DNA of 64,000 nt from an uncultured bacterium (GCA_964441235.1 CAYTUQ010000002.1:1705-65704), one strand, 5' to 3'. Shown: positions 19,262 through 28,636, numbered from the stretch's first letter. Program-made: numbers and translations. The notes: a model not told the origin generated them from the letters alone.

Positions 19262-21019
19262 ATGTTAAAAAGAACAGTAACGTGCGGTGAATTAAGAAGA
19301 GAAAATTCAGGACAAACCGTTGTTTTAAACGGCTGGGTAAACCGCAAACGGGATCACGGCGGACTGAGTTTTATAGATTTGCGTGATAGATATGGGCTAA
19401 CACAAATTGTCTTCGGTCCCGAAATGGGAGAAAAACTTCTAAATAAGGCGAAGAAGTTAGGTGCTGAAGATGTTGTAGCTGTTAGAGGAGTTGTAAGGAT
19501 TCGCCCTCAAGCCTCCCCAAATCGTGAAATGTCCACAGGTGAAATTGAAGTTCTCGCACAAGAGTTAGAAATTCTGAATAAGGCAAAAACATTGCCCTTC
19601 CTTGTAACTGACCGCTCTACCGGTCTCGAAGACTTGCGACTAAAATATAGATATCTTGATCTGCGTACAAAGGATTTACAACGAACAATTGCAATTAGAC
19701 ATTCTGCCGCTCAAAGTGTACGAAAATATTACATAAAGAACAATTTCTACGAAATCGAAACTCCTTTTTTGATGAAAAGTACTCCCGAAGGAGCAAGGGA
19801 TTATCTTGTACCGAGCAGAATTCACAAAGGCAAATTTTATGCTCTTCCTCAATCTCCGCAGACTTACAAACAACTCTTGATGATCTCAGGATTTGATAAA
19901 TATTTCCAGATTGTCAAATGCTTTCGCGATGAAGACCTCCGTGCTGATAGACAGCCGGAATTCACACAGATTGACGTCGAAATGTCATTTATTGAAGAAG
20001 AAGATGTAATTCAATCTACAGAGTCAATGCTCAGACATGTATTTAAAGAAGTAATCGGAATTGAACTGGTAAATCCCTTCCCGCGCATGACATACGAAAA
20101 GGCAATAGAACTTTACGGCTCTGATAAACCTGATATGAGATTCGGTATGGAAATTCACAAACTAAATAAAATTACCTACAAAACAGATTTTAAAGTCTTC
20201 AAATCTGTAATTGATAATGACGGAGTTGTTGCTGGAGTATGCGTTCCTGGTAGAGCAAAACTTTCCAGAAAAGAAATTGATAAATTAACTGAAAAGGCTC
20301 GGAATCTTGGTGCTAAAGGATTGGCATTTACAAAAGTCACCGAAAATGGCTTAGAGAGTGGAATTGCCAGATTTCTTTCTTCTGCTGATAAAGAAATAAT
20401 ACACGAGTTTAAAGCAGACATCGGTGATTTATTGCTGTTTGTAGCAGACCAAAAGAATATTACATATTCGGCACTTGGAAATCTACGTTTAGAAGTCGCA
20501 AAAAAATTAGATTTAATACCAACGGATACTTTTCAACCGGTTTGGGTGATACGCTTTCCCCTGCTTGAGTGGAGTGAAGAAGAAAAGCGTTATCTTGCAA
20601 CTCACCACCCGTTTACTTCATCAGTTCCTGAAGATACGGAGCTGCTGGATAAAGAACCGGAAAAAGCTCATTCACGCTCTTACGATATTGTAATTAACGG
20701 GCAGGAAATTGGTGGCGGCAGTATTAGAAATCATAACGTAGAGATGCAGGAAAAAATGTTTGAAGTATTGAGAATAAGTAAACAAGAGTCACGCAAAAAG
20801 TTCGGTTTCCTTCTGGATGCTCTGTCTTATGGTGCTCCACCCCATGGCGGAATAGCTCTCGGATTTGACCGACTTGTAATGATTTTAGCGGGAGTTGATA
20901 ATATCAGGGAGGTAATAGCCTTCCCAAAAACAACAAGCGCTTCATCTTTAATGGACGGCTGCCCTACAGATGTGGATGAGCAGCAGTTAAAAGAATTAGG
21001 AATTGCAATAAAACAGTGA
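19262..21019 (+). CDS. aspS: Aspartate--tRNA ligase
   Basis: 585 aa. OB-fold N-terminus (GWVNRKRDHGGLSFIDLRDRYG) and class II motifs (FRDEDLRADRQPEFTQID; GGGSIR; GFDRLVM). Confidence 0.95.
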   Translation: MLKRTVTCGELRRENSGQTVVLNGWVNRKRDHGGLSFIDLRDRYGLTQIVFGPEMGEKLLNKAKKLGAEDVVAVRGVVRIRPQASPNREMSTGEIEVLAQELEILNKAKTLPFLVTDRSTGLEDLRLKYRYLDLRTKDLQRTIAIRHSAAQSVRKYYIKNNFYEIETPFLMKSTPEGARDYLVPSRIHKGKFYALPQSPQTYKQLLMISGFDKYFQIVKCFRDEDLRADRQPEFTQIDVEMSFIEEEDVIQSTESMLRHVFKEVIGIELVNPFPRMTYEKAIELYGSDKPDMRFGMEIHKLNKITYKTDFKVFKSVIDNDGVVAGVCVPGRAKLSRKEIDKLTEKARNLGAKGLAFTKVTENGLESGIARFLSSADKEIIHEFKADIGDLLLFVADQKNITYSALGNLRLEVAKKLDLIPTDTFQPVWVIRFPLLEWSEEEKRYLATHHPFTSSVPEDTELLDKEPEKAHSRSYDIVINGQEIGGGSIRNHNVEMQEKMFEVLRISKQESRKKFGFLLDALSYGAPPHGGIALGFDRLVMILAGVDNIREVIAFPKTTSASSLMDGCPTDVDEQQLKELGIAIKQ

Positions 21020-21052
21020 TTATGAAATCATCTTTATTAAGGATTAAATATA

Positions 21053-22009
21053 ATGACATCAAAAGTTATTGAATTAAAGGGAGTGAACCCCTTTTTGGTA
21101 TTCGGAGTGAACGATGTTTTTCTTAAACTTATCGAGAAAAGCTTCCCATTGAACATCTTTGCAAGGGGAAATAAAATAACCCTCGAAGGCGATGAGAAAT
21201 GTATTCAGCAGGTAGATCGGATTTTAGGCGAAATGCTTTTAACAATTAATCAAAAAGGATTTGTAGATGAAAACGATGTTGTAGCACTAATTAATGTGGA
21301 AATCGGTGGACAAAAGTTAAAAGGAGAAATTACACCTGATACCGTTATACTATTTACAAAAAACGGTGCTGTGAAACCTCGCTCACCTAATCAAGAAAAG
21401 TATTACCAGTCAACACTCAAAAACGATATTGTATTTGGTATAGGACCGGCTGGAACCGGAAAAACCTATCTTGCTGTTGCAATAGCTATATCTGCATTCC
21501 GCAATCACGATGTTAAGCGGATAATACTGACTCGACCGGCGGTTGAAGCTGGCGAAAGTCTGGGATATTTACCGGGAGACCTCAAAGAAAAAATTGAGCC
21601 GTACCTCGCTCCATTATATGATGCTCTTCAAGATATGCTACCCTTAGAAAAAATAAAATCTCTGACCGAGCAACATGTAATCGAAATTCTACCGTTAGCA
21701 TATATGAGGGGGAGAACATTAAACAACGCCTTTGTTATTCTCGATGAAGCACAAAATACAGCCAGTATGCAAATGAAGATGTTTCTTACACGACTCGGTG
21801 TTAATTCGAAAGCAATTATTACAGGTGATATTACACAAATAGATATTCCGAATAGACAGAATTCAGGATTGATAGAAGCTAAAAATATTTTAAGAAATAT
21901 AGACGGTATAGATTTTATTTATTTCGACGAAGGAGATGTCGTTCGACATAGGTTGGTGAAGGAGATTATTAAAGCTTATAACGGTAAAAATAGTGCCAAT
22001 AATTTTTGA
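21053..22009 (+). CDS. phoH: PhoH-family ATPase
   Basis: GIGPAGTGKTYLAVA Walker A, FVILDEAQN Walker B, ITGDITQIDIP. Typical PhoH. Confidence 0.9.
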   Translation: MTSKVIELKGVNPFLVFGVNDVFLKLIEKSFPLNIFARGNKITLEGDEKCIQQVDRILGEMLLTINQKGFVDENDVVALINVEIGGQKLKGEITPDTVILFTKNGAVKPRSPNQEKYYQSTLKNDIVFGIGPAGTGKTYLAVAIAISAFRNHDVKRIILTRPAVEAGESLGYLPGDLKEKIEPYLAPLYDALQDMLPLEKIKSLTEQHVIEILPLAYMRGRTLNNAFVILDEAQNTASMQMKMFLTRLGVNSKAIITGDITQIDIPNRQNSGLIEAKNILRNIDGIDFIYFDEGDVVRHRLVKEIIKAYNGKNSANNF

Positions 22010-22299
22010 GAAACTTAAAATCAAAGAAAATAAAGGGAATAAGGTAAAAGGGTATAAGGGAATTTCAAATTTCAAATATCAAATATCAAAGTGCCTAAAA
22101 GAGGCTCCTTCGGAGCAAATTTCAAACAAACCCATTTTAAAGCGAGCGTAGCGAGGTCAAATGGGCTTTGGTTTTACGGGAATAAAGGGATACCAAATTT
22201 CCCCAAAGGGGTCTCTTGCGAGACAAATCGCAGGAAAATTATTGCAATCACAAATAAACTCGCTTTAATCCGTCAGCTGTGACAATCAAATAGGATTTT

Positions 22300-22770
22300 C
22301 TAATCCTTGATCAAAACATCAGCAGTCATCTCTTTGGGAATTTCCAAACTGAGTAAATACAAAACAGTAGGCGAAATATAGGACAGTTTTCCTCGGTCAA
22401 GAAGTTTTCTACCTAAAGAATCTCGGGCAACATATATCAATTCAACAGGAAATGTAGTATGGCTCGTTTTCAGTATCCATGTTTCATAATCGATCATCTG
22501 CTCTGAATTGCCATGGTCAGCTGTAATAAGTATATGAGCATCTAACTCCAGAAGTCTCTTGACTATTTTTCCTACATATTCATCTACAATTTCCACTGCT
22601 TGTTTTGCCGCATTAAAATCACCGGTGTGACCAACAATATCGCCATTTGCATAGTTGATCACTATAAAGGCGTAGAAATTATTTTTAAGACATTTTAACA
22701 GCGCTTCGGCTACATTGTATGTTTCCAGTTTGTTGGTATCATTAAAGTTAGACAGTTTATTTGTTTTCGC
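22300..22770 (-). pseudogene. gpmI: 3' fragment (about the last 155 codons) of 2,3-bisphosphoglycerate-independent phosphoglycerate mutase
   Basis: Frame is open from a stop at about 22771. It encodes ...EALLKCLKNNFYAFIVINYANGDIVGHTGDFNAAKQAVEIVDEYVGKIV...ITADHGNSEQM...HTTFPV...PTVLYLLSLEIPKEMTA, the C-terminal third of iPGM. The N-terminal ~350 aa and a start codon are absent. Confidence 0.75.
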
Positions 22771-22805
22771 TGTTCAGTCATCCGCAAGGCTATCCTATAA
22801 TCTTC

Positions 22806-22834
22806 TTGACTTCCAGGATTGAAAGATATATATT
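22806..22834 (+). promoter_or_regulatory. Candidate sigma70-type promoter for the riboswitch-btuB-like transcript
   Basis: TTGACT (22806-22811), 17-nt spacer, TATATT (22829-22834), about 25 nt upstream of the riboswitch core. The lineage's promoter consensus is unknown. Confidence 0.4.
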
Positions 22835-22857
22835 AAACCGTTACTTTAAAACGTGAT

Positions 22858-22998
22858 TAAAAATAGGGAAACATGTGAAAATCATGTGCAGCCCCGCTAC
22901 TGTAACCGGAGCGTTTTCTGCATTATGTCACGATCCAAATAAATAGGGATTGGAAGGCGCAGAGAGCTGGATGCCGGAAGCCAGGACACCTGTTTGAA
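22858..22998 (+). promoter_or_regulatory. Cobalamin (B12) riboswitch
   Basis: AATAGGGAAACATGTGAAAATCATGTGCAGCCCCGCTACTGTAACCGG (22862-22909) matches the conserved core (AATAGGGAA..GTGAAAATC..GCAGCCCCGCxACTGTAA). GCCGGAAGCCAGGACACCTG (22973-22992) matches the B12 box. Lies directly upstream of a TonB-dependent receptor. Confidence 0.8.
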
Positions 22999-23038
22999 AT
23001 TACTTTAATCCAAAATGCGCGGGCATTAGAGGGTTGAA

Positions 23039-25195
23039 TTGTTTAAAAAATTATTAAAATCTTCACACTACTACTTTTTCAAATCCACTCTTAAATTTTT
23101 CATAGGCAACTACTGCATTCATCATATTGAATATCCCTTGAGGAATACCTTAATTTTAGCATTAGTCGTATATCCCCTGCTTACACTTAATGCTGGAAAC
23201 CAGTGGAAAGGTATGGTTGTCGATTCTTGCAACAATTCCGTTTCCTATGTTTTTATTAATAATTCAACAAAAAATTTATGGACAATTACCGACGAAAACG
23301 GTGAATTCACACTTCCATTTTCCTTTGAAGAAAACGATTCAGTAAGATTTTCCCGCATTGGTTTCAAAACAAAAACAATCAGATTATCAGAAAAGAATAA
23401 CTTACTTTACATAATACTTACAACAAATCCAGTTTTGCTAAAAGAGATAAAAGTATCTGCTAAAAAAGACCAAATAGACATCAGGAACCACAAAATGGCT
23501 GAGATATTCAAATCACCTGAATTAGGAGATATTGAGCACCGACAATTACTTGCTGTCATTCCCGGACTTTCAATCCGATCCTACGGAGGACCAGCTGGAA
23601 TTACTACATTAAGTCTTGATGGAGGACCTTCTTCACAAACCAAAGTTATGGTTTCTGGATTTGATCTGACCAATGCCCAAAATGGTGAAATGGACCTGTC
23701 CCAACTTCCCGGTCCTTTTGTGGAGAACGTAAGTTATATACCCCAGGATGAAAATTTTTACGGCTCGGGTAGCAATGAAAGTACTATACATCTAAACCCC
23801 TGGTCTGGGAAAACCGGATTGTCACTAAGCACTGGAAGTTATGAACATAGTTCTATCCATGGCACTTTAAACCTCAACAAAAACCAGTGGTTTGGAAACT
23901 TTTTGATAGGGAAACGACATGATGATGGCAATTATCCTTTCAAATGGAGAAATGAAAGTTTCAAGCGTGAGAACAACTACTTTGACCAAAAATTCATATC
24001 AGCCCGGTTTAACACAGTTATTCAGAAACGCGCATTTCTTCGTTTTCTCTACTTATTGTCTAATCAGAACAGAGGTATAGCCGGACAGTCGTGGAATCCG
24101 AGCAAAAATGCTAGTAGAGATGATAAACTACAAATAATTGGTGTAAAATTCGGATGGACTAACAAAAAGGGACATGGTTATATCCAAACTATGTATAGAT
24201 ATTCATATGAGCAATACAAAAATCCAATGATTGCAGTAAATAGTTTTCATAGGCTAAGCACATGGCAGGTAATACTGAATCAAGAGAAAAAAATTAACGA
24301 AAAAATTGGGGTAAATTTGCTTTTTGAAACTAAAAAAGATGGGCTTAAAAGCAAAGATACACATAATCATTCTAGAATTAGTTATAGCACTGCAATTACA
24401 ATTCCTTATCATATTTCAAAAACGTTTAAATTTCAACCTGCTTACTGTTACGACATTTCGCCGAATCTATATCATGAAAGCACTTATGAACTGAAATTGC
24501 TGACGTCATTCAATTTTCTTTTTATCAAATCATTAACTATTCATCAAGGCAGATATTTTCGCTATCCTACCTTTAATGATCTCTATTGGATTCCTGGTGG
24601 GAACCCGAATTTGAAGCCGGAACATACCGACAATATAAGTCTTGATATCAAATGTCATTTAATCCAGGATTCCGATCTTGAAATTTTATTATTTTATAAA
24701 TCCAGTGATGATTTAATTCAATGGACACCAATTAGTTCTTATTGGCAGCCTAAAAATATTCAGCATGCAGTCAGGAATGGATATAAAATAATTTATCGCT
24801 GGAATAGTCCAAATTTACCATTAAAAGCTTTTGCTCATTATAGCAGCAATAGAACCAAAGACTTATCTCCAGGTGATTGCTATGGAAAACCGCTTCGATA
24901 TGCACCGGAACAAACCGCTGCAGTAGGTATAAACTGTGAGCCCGAACCGCTATCCTTTCATCTTCAAATACATCATACAAGCGAAAGAATATCTATGTAT
25001 TCCTGGCCAGAAGATGTGATATTATCGGAAGTAGTACTCATATTTACCAGCTGTGCATATACATGGAAAAGACCTTCTGGAGATATAATTATTGTTTTTG
25101 CCATGGATAACCTGGCAAATAAAAGATATGAAACAATCAAGGGTTATCCAGAACCAGGTAGAACATTTAGAATGACAATAAGCTATCAACATTAA
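23039..25195 (+). CDS. TonB-dependent receptor (BtuB-like, riboswitch-controlled) with N-terminal carboxypeptidase-regulatory-like domain
   Basis: 718 aa, TTG start. GMVVDSCNNSV...TDENGEFTL...RFSRIGFKT (CarbopepD_reg-like domain), plug region (IPGLSIRSYGGPAGITTLSLDGG), C-terminal barrel ending NLANKRYETIKGYPEPGRTFRMTISYQH. Confidence 0.8.
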   Translation: MFKKLLKSSHYYFFKSTLKFFIGNYCIHHIEYPLRNTLILALVVYPLLTLNAGNQWKGMVVDSCNNSVSYVFINNSTKNLWTITDENGEFTLPFSFEENDSVRFSRIGFKTKTIRLSEKNNLLYIILTTNPVLLKEIKVSAKKDQIDIRNHKMAEIFKSPELGDIEHRQLLAVIPGLSIRSYGGPAGITTLSLDGGPSSQTKVMVSGFDLTNAQNGEMDLSQLPGPFVENVSYIPQDENFYGSGSNESTIHLNPWSGKTGLSLSTGSYEHSSIHGTLNLNKNQWFGNFLIGKRHDDGNYPFKWRNESFKRENNYFDQKFISARFNTVIQKRAFLRFLYLLSNQNRGIAGQSWNPSKNASRDDKLQIIGVKFGWTNKKGHGYIQTMYRYSYEQYKNPMIAVNSFHRLSTWQVILNQEKKINEKIGVNLLFETKKDGLKSKDTHNHSRISYSTAITIPYHISKTFKFQPAYCYDISPNLYHESTYELKLLTSFNFLFIKSLTIHQGRYFRYPTFNDLYWIPGGNPNLKPEHTDNISLDIKCHLIQDSDLEILLFYKSSDDLIQWTPISSYWQPKNIQHAVRNGYKIIYRWNSPNLPLKAFAHYSSNRTKDLSPGDCYGKPLRYAPEQTAAVGINCEPEPLSFHLQIHHTSERISMYSWPEDVILSEVVLIFTSCAYTWKRPSGDIIIVFAMDNLANKRYETIKGYPEPGRTFRMTISYQH

Positions 25196-25210
25196 AAAGA
25201 GGAGAGAAAA

Positions 25211-26530
25211 ATGAACAAACTATTACTTGTGATTTTGCTAATCCCTGTAACCATTCTTGCACAAACCAATGTATTTATTCTGTGTGAGGGAAACATGACT
25301 CAATTAAATTCTTCACTATGGATTTTAAATGAAGACTTAAATCAAATTACAGGTCCTATTCATTGGGATTCCATTGCAAATCCTCTCGGAGACGTTGGCC
25401 AATCAATGACTATTTACAACAATAAGCTTTATATCATTATGAATAACTCACATACAATAGAAGTTGTGGATTTATCAGATAGCATTCATTATGAAATGAC
25501 TATCTCTGTTCTGGGAGCAAGTCCACGTGAAATGGAAGTTGTTGAAGGAATTGGATACTTAACATGCTGGAATTTACATGGTATTTTAGTTATAGATCTT
25601 GATAGTGGTACTTTACTAGATACTCTTGTTTTATCCGATGTTGGGCAACCAGAGGATATAGTATTCAGTGACGGCAAATTATATACCTCAATTAAACAGA
25701 ACTCAGACTGGTCGGCAGGTCATCAAATTTTTGAAATTTCTATAAATACTGAACCTACTATTACGGACACATTTGAGGTTATTGACGGTCCAGGTCAAAT
25801 GTTAATTCATGACGGATTTCTGTATGTTGTAAGTACTTACTTTGATGCTTCATATAATTCATATATTGGCATGTCAAGGATAGACCTTTTAACAGGTGAA
25901 GTAACCAAGAAAGATTACGGACAGACGTATATCTATGATTCTGACATAACTTTCTATAATGATAAAATATATTTTACTTATTCTACCGGTATTGTGCCAT
26001 TGTCCGATTCCCTGACGATTGAAGAATCAGGGCTAATTGGTAATCTCAGTGGCATTTATTCAATGGCATCTTACAATGGTTATATTTATTTCGGCTTAAG
26101 TGATTATATTGCACCTGATGATATTATAGTGTTAGACTCTTTGGGTAACCAAATAGGAAGTTTTACAGTTGGGGCATGTCCGGGTTCCTTTGCATTTTAT
26201 TCCTCCCAACAAAATTCAATAAAAGATAACTCAAGTAATATACAAACTGCATCTTTATACTCACTACATCAAAATTTTCCCAATCCGTTTAATTCTTATA
26301 CAACAATTCCATATTACATTGGGGGAAAAAGCCATATTACGATTTCAATCTATGATCTTTTAGGACATCACATCGTTGATCTTGTTAATACGAACCAGAA
26401 TAAGGGTAACAAATCAATATCGTGGAATGGTAAAGATAAATTTGGCAAAACAGTCCCGGGGGGAATCTATATCTACGAGTTAAAAACAGGGGGAGTCTTC
26501 TTAGCGAAAAAATTGGTTTATATCAAATAA
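25211..26530 (+). CDS. Secreted YncE-like/DUF5074-like beta-propeller protein with T9SS C-terminal sorting domain
   Basis: Signal peptide MNKLLLVILLIPVTILAQT. NVFILCEGNMTQLNSSLWILNED...LGDVGQSMTIYNNKLYIIMNNSHTIEVVD resembles YncE/DUF5074-type propellers. The last ~85 aa (FPNPFNSYTTIPYYI...ISIYDLLGHHIV...GIYIYELKTG...KKLVYIK) form a typical T9SS CTD. Confidence 0.75.
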   Translation: MNKLLLVILLIPVTILAQTNVFILCEGNMTQLNSSLWILNEDLNQITGPIHWDSIANPLGDVGQSMTIYNNKLYIIMNNSHTIEVVDLSDSIHYEMTISVLGASPREMEVVEGIGYLTCWNLHGILVIDLDSGTLLDTLVLSDVGQPEDIVFSDGKLYTSIKQNSDWSAGHQIFEISINTEPTITDTFEVIDGPGQMLIHDGFLYVVSTYFDASYNSYIGMSRIDLLTGEVTKKDYGQTYIYDSDITFYNDKIYFTYSTGIVPLSDSLTIEESGLIGNLSGIYSMASYNGYIYFGLSDYIAPDDIIVLDSLGNQIGSFTVGACPGSFAFYSSQQNSIKDNSSNIQTASLYSLHQNFPNPFNSYTTIPYYIGGKSHITISIYDLLGHHIVDLVNTNQNKGNKSISWNGKDKFGKTVPGGIYIYELKTGGVFLAKKLVYIK

Positions 26531-26717
26531 GCCGTCCCGTTTCAATATTTAAAATTGAAACTTATAAGGATATTAAAATTTCCCACAGAGGTTCCAATTG
26601 AGAATTTAGCAATACCACAATCATTTTTAAAAAGAAGCCCGGCAATTGTTTGTCAGACTTCTTCAGTATATTATCATAAACCTACAAATTTATTTTTTTA
26701 TTAATTTGGATAAAATT

Positions 26718-26812
26718 GTCCCAACGGGATTTCCATGAGATAAAAAGTCTGAATTAGCTCTCATTGCCTCGTCTCGAAGAGATCCCTTTGGGACAGAGGT
26801 CTCTTAGAGACG
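26718..26812. repeat. 95-bp GC-rich palindromic-module repeat, copy B (inverted relative to 16478-16572)
   Basis: GTCCCAACGGGATTTCCATGAGATAAAAAGTCTGAATTAGCTCTCATTGCCTCGTCTCGAAGAGATCCCTTTGGGACAGAGGTCTCTTAGAGACG is the reverse complement of copy A, with about 3 mismatches. Confidence 0.85.
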
Positions 26813-27090
26813 TTCCTGATTTATCAGAAGGAGCAATCTCCCGGGTCATAAGTACTTGTTTTTAATAGATTGCTCCGCCTGCCTGTCCTGCGGACACAGA
26901 CAGGGATACGCACAGGTAGACGTAGACAGGTCTCTCTGCTCCTCGTCTCGTGGAGAATCCTAAAGAACAAAGCAAAAATTCTGGTTACTAAAAACATGTA
27001 TTAAATCTTTCGAAATGTCAAAAGTGTCTCTGAATTTTAACAATTAAATTTGTATATTATATTTGTGAATAACATAAAGGAAAGTTATAA

Positions 27091-28551
27091 ATGAAAAAGT
27101 CTATTGTACCACTACTTGATTATATTCCAGAGAAAATGGAAAATGCATTTGCTGATTTTCAAAATAATTTTCCCTCTTTTAAAAGAACAAATTCCTTAGA
27201 CAACTTACGTAAGTTAGAATATTCTCGGTTAGACATTAATAACCAGATTTATCTTGATTACACTGGTGGTGGACAGTATGCCGATTTGCAACTCCGAAAG
27301 CATTTAGAGATATTGAGACAGGGCGTATTCGGTAATCCTCATTCTAATAATCCAAGTTCATTAGCATCAACAGCATTAGTACAGAAAGCTCGTTCCTGCG
27401 TACTTGAATTCTTCAACGCATCGCCCGATGAGTATGTGATAATTTTTACTACGAATGCTACCGGAGCAATTAAACTTGTAGCAGAATCCTATCCTTTTTC
27501 ATCAGGTAGTCAACTTCTAATGACTTTTGATAATCATAACTCCGTTAACGGTATTCGTGAGTATGCCCATGCTAAAAACTCTACGGTAAATTATGTACCC
27601 ATCACACCACCAGATTTGAGAGTAGATACGGATAAATTATTTGATTATTTTGAACGCTCCCAAAAAGACCATCATAATTTGTTTGTTTATCCCGCCCAAT
27701 CTAACTTTTCCGGTGTACAGCATCCGTTGGAATGGATTGCCATCGCACAGGATAAAGGTTGGGACGTTATTATAGATTCTGCGGCTTTTGCTCCTACAAA
27801 CCGTATTGACTTAAGTTTGTGGCATCCCGATTTTGTACCAATTTCTTTTTATAAAATGTTTGGATATCCGACTGGCGTGGGTTGTTTACTTGCTCGAAAA
27901 GAGAAATTGCATAAACTTAAGCGTCCCTGGTTTTCCGGAGGAACTATTACTATTTCTTCGGTACAGGGAGAAGGACATTACCTGGCAGAGGATGAAGTGG
28001 CTTTTGAGGATGGTACGGTTAATTACCTCAATCTGCCAGCCGTAGAAATAGGACTCAAGCATATAGCAATTATCGGAATAGAAATAATCCATGAACGTGT
28101 TAACTGTTTAGCAGATTGGCTGTTAAAACAATTATTGTCTTTACATCATAGTAATGGACTACCACTGATTCGGATTTATGGACCGACAGATATGAATATG
28201 CGTGGAGGAACAATTGCATTCAATTTCTATGATCCGCAGGAAAAACTTATCGATTACCGGCAAGTTGAAGCATTAGCCAATAGGGCAAATATTTCATTAC
28301 GTACCGGCTGTTTTTGCAATCCTGGTGTAAGCGAATCAATTCACGGTCTAACTGAAAATGAATTAAAAGATTGTTTCAAGAATAAAGAAAGAATGACATT
28401 CGAACAATTTATCACGGTGATACAGAAAATTGATGGAAAGAGCGCAGGTGCAATTCGTGTTTCGTTGGGTTTAGTAACAAACTTTCCGGATGTATATAGA
28501 TTCATGCAATTTGCCAAAGGTTTTCTGGATAAGCCAGCGGCAGAGACTTAA
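27091..28551 (+). CDS. Class V aminotransferase-fold PLP enzyme, NifS/Moco-sulfurase N-terminal-domain-like
   Basis: 486 aa. LDYTGGGQYADLQLRKHLEILRQGVFGNPHSNNPSS and SFYKMFGYPTGVGCLLARK (PLP-Lys context) resemble the NifS-like domain of molybdenum cofactor sulfurases. No MOSC domain follows. Confidence 0.6.
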   Translation: MKKSIVPLLDYIPEKMENAFADFQNNFPSFKRTNSLDNLRKLEYSRLDINNQIYLDYTGGGQYADLQLRKHLEILRQGVFGNPHSNNPSSLASTALVQKARSCVLEFFNASPDEYVIIFTTNATGAIKLVAESYPFSSGSQLLMTFDNHNSVNGIREYAHAKNSTVNYVPITPPDLRVDTDKLFDYFERSQKDHHNLFVYPAQSNFSGVQHPLEWIAIAQDKGWDVIIDSAAFAPTNRIDLSLWHPDFVPISFYKMFGYPTGVGCLLARKEKLHKLKRPWFSGGTITISSVQGEGHYLAEDEVAFEDGTVNYLNLPAVEIGLKHIAIIGIEIIHERVNCLADWLLKQLLSLHHSNGLPLIRIYGPTDMNMRGGTIAFNFYDPQEKLIDYRQVEALANRANISLRTGCFCNPGVSESIHGLTENELKDCFKNKERMTFEQFITVIQKIDGKSAGAIRVSLGLVTNFPDVYRFMQFAKGFLDKPAAET

Positions 28552-28636
28552 GCACCAATCTGTCATCCAATGGAAAGGCACAAATGAAAAAAGTGATTGG
28601 AAGTAAGTATATATGACATAGAAAATATTTAACAAT

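Noticed and set aside
22091-22282. 63-aa ORF from the track in the phoH-gpmI spacer
   Set aside because: It lies entirely within repeat and palindrome modules (a partial copy of the 95-bp element). It has no SD and odd composition, so it is most likely a non-coding structured spacer.
16478-26812. The inverted 95-bp repeats as ends of a composite transposon
   Set aside because: No transposase or integrase lies between or next to them, and the enclosed genes include core functions (aspS, phoH). They are better treated as dispersed palindromic repeats that may mediate rearrangement.
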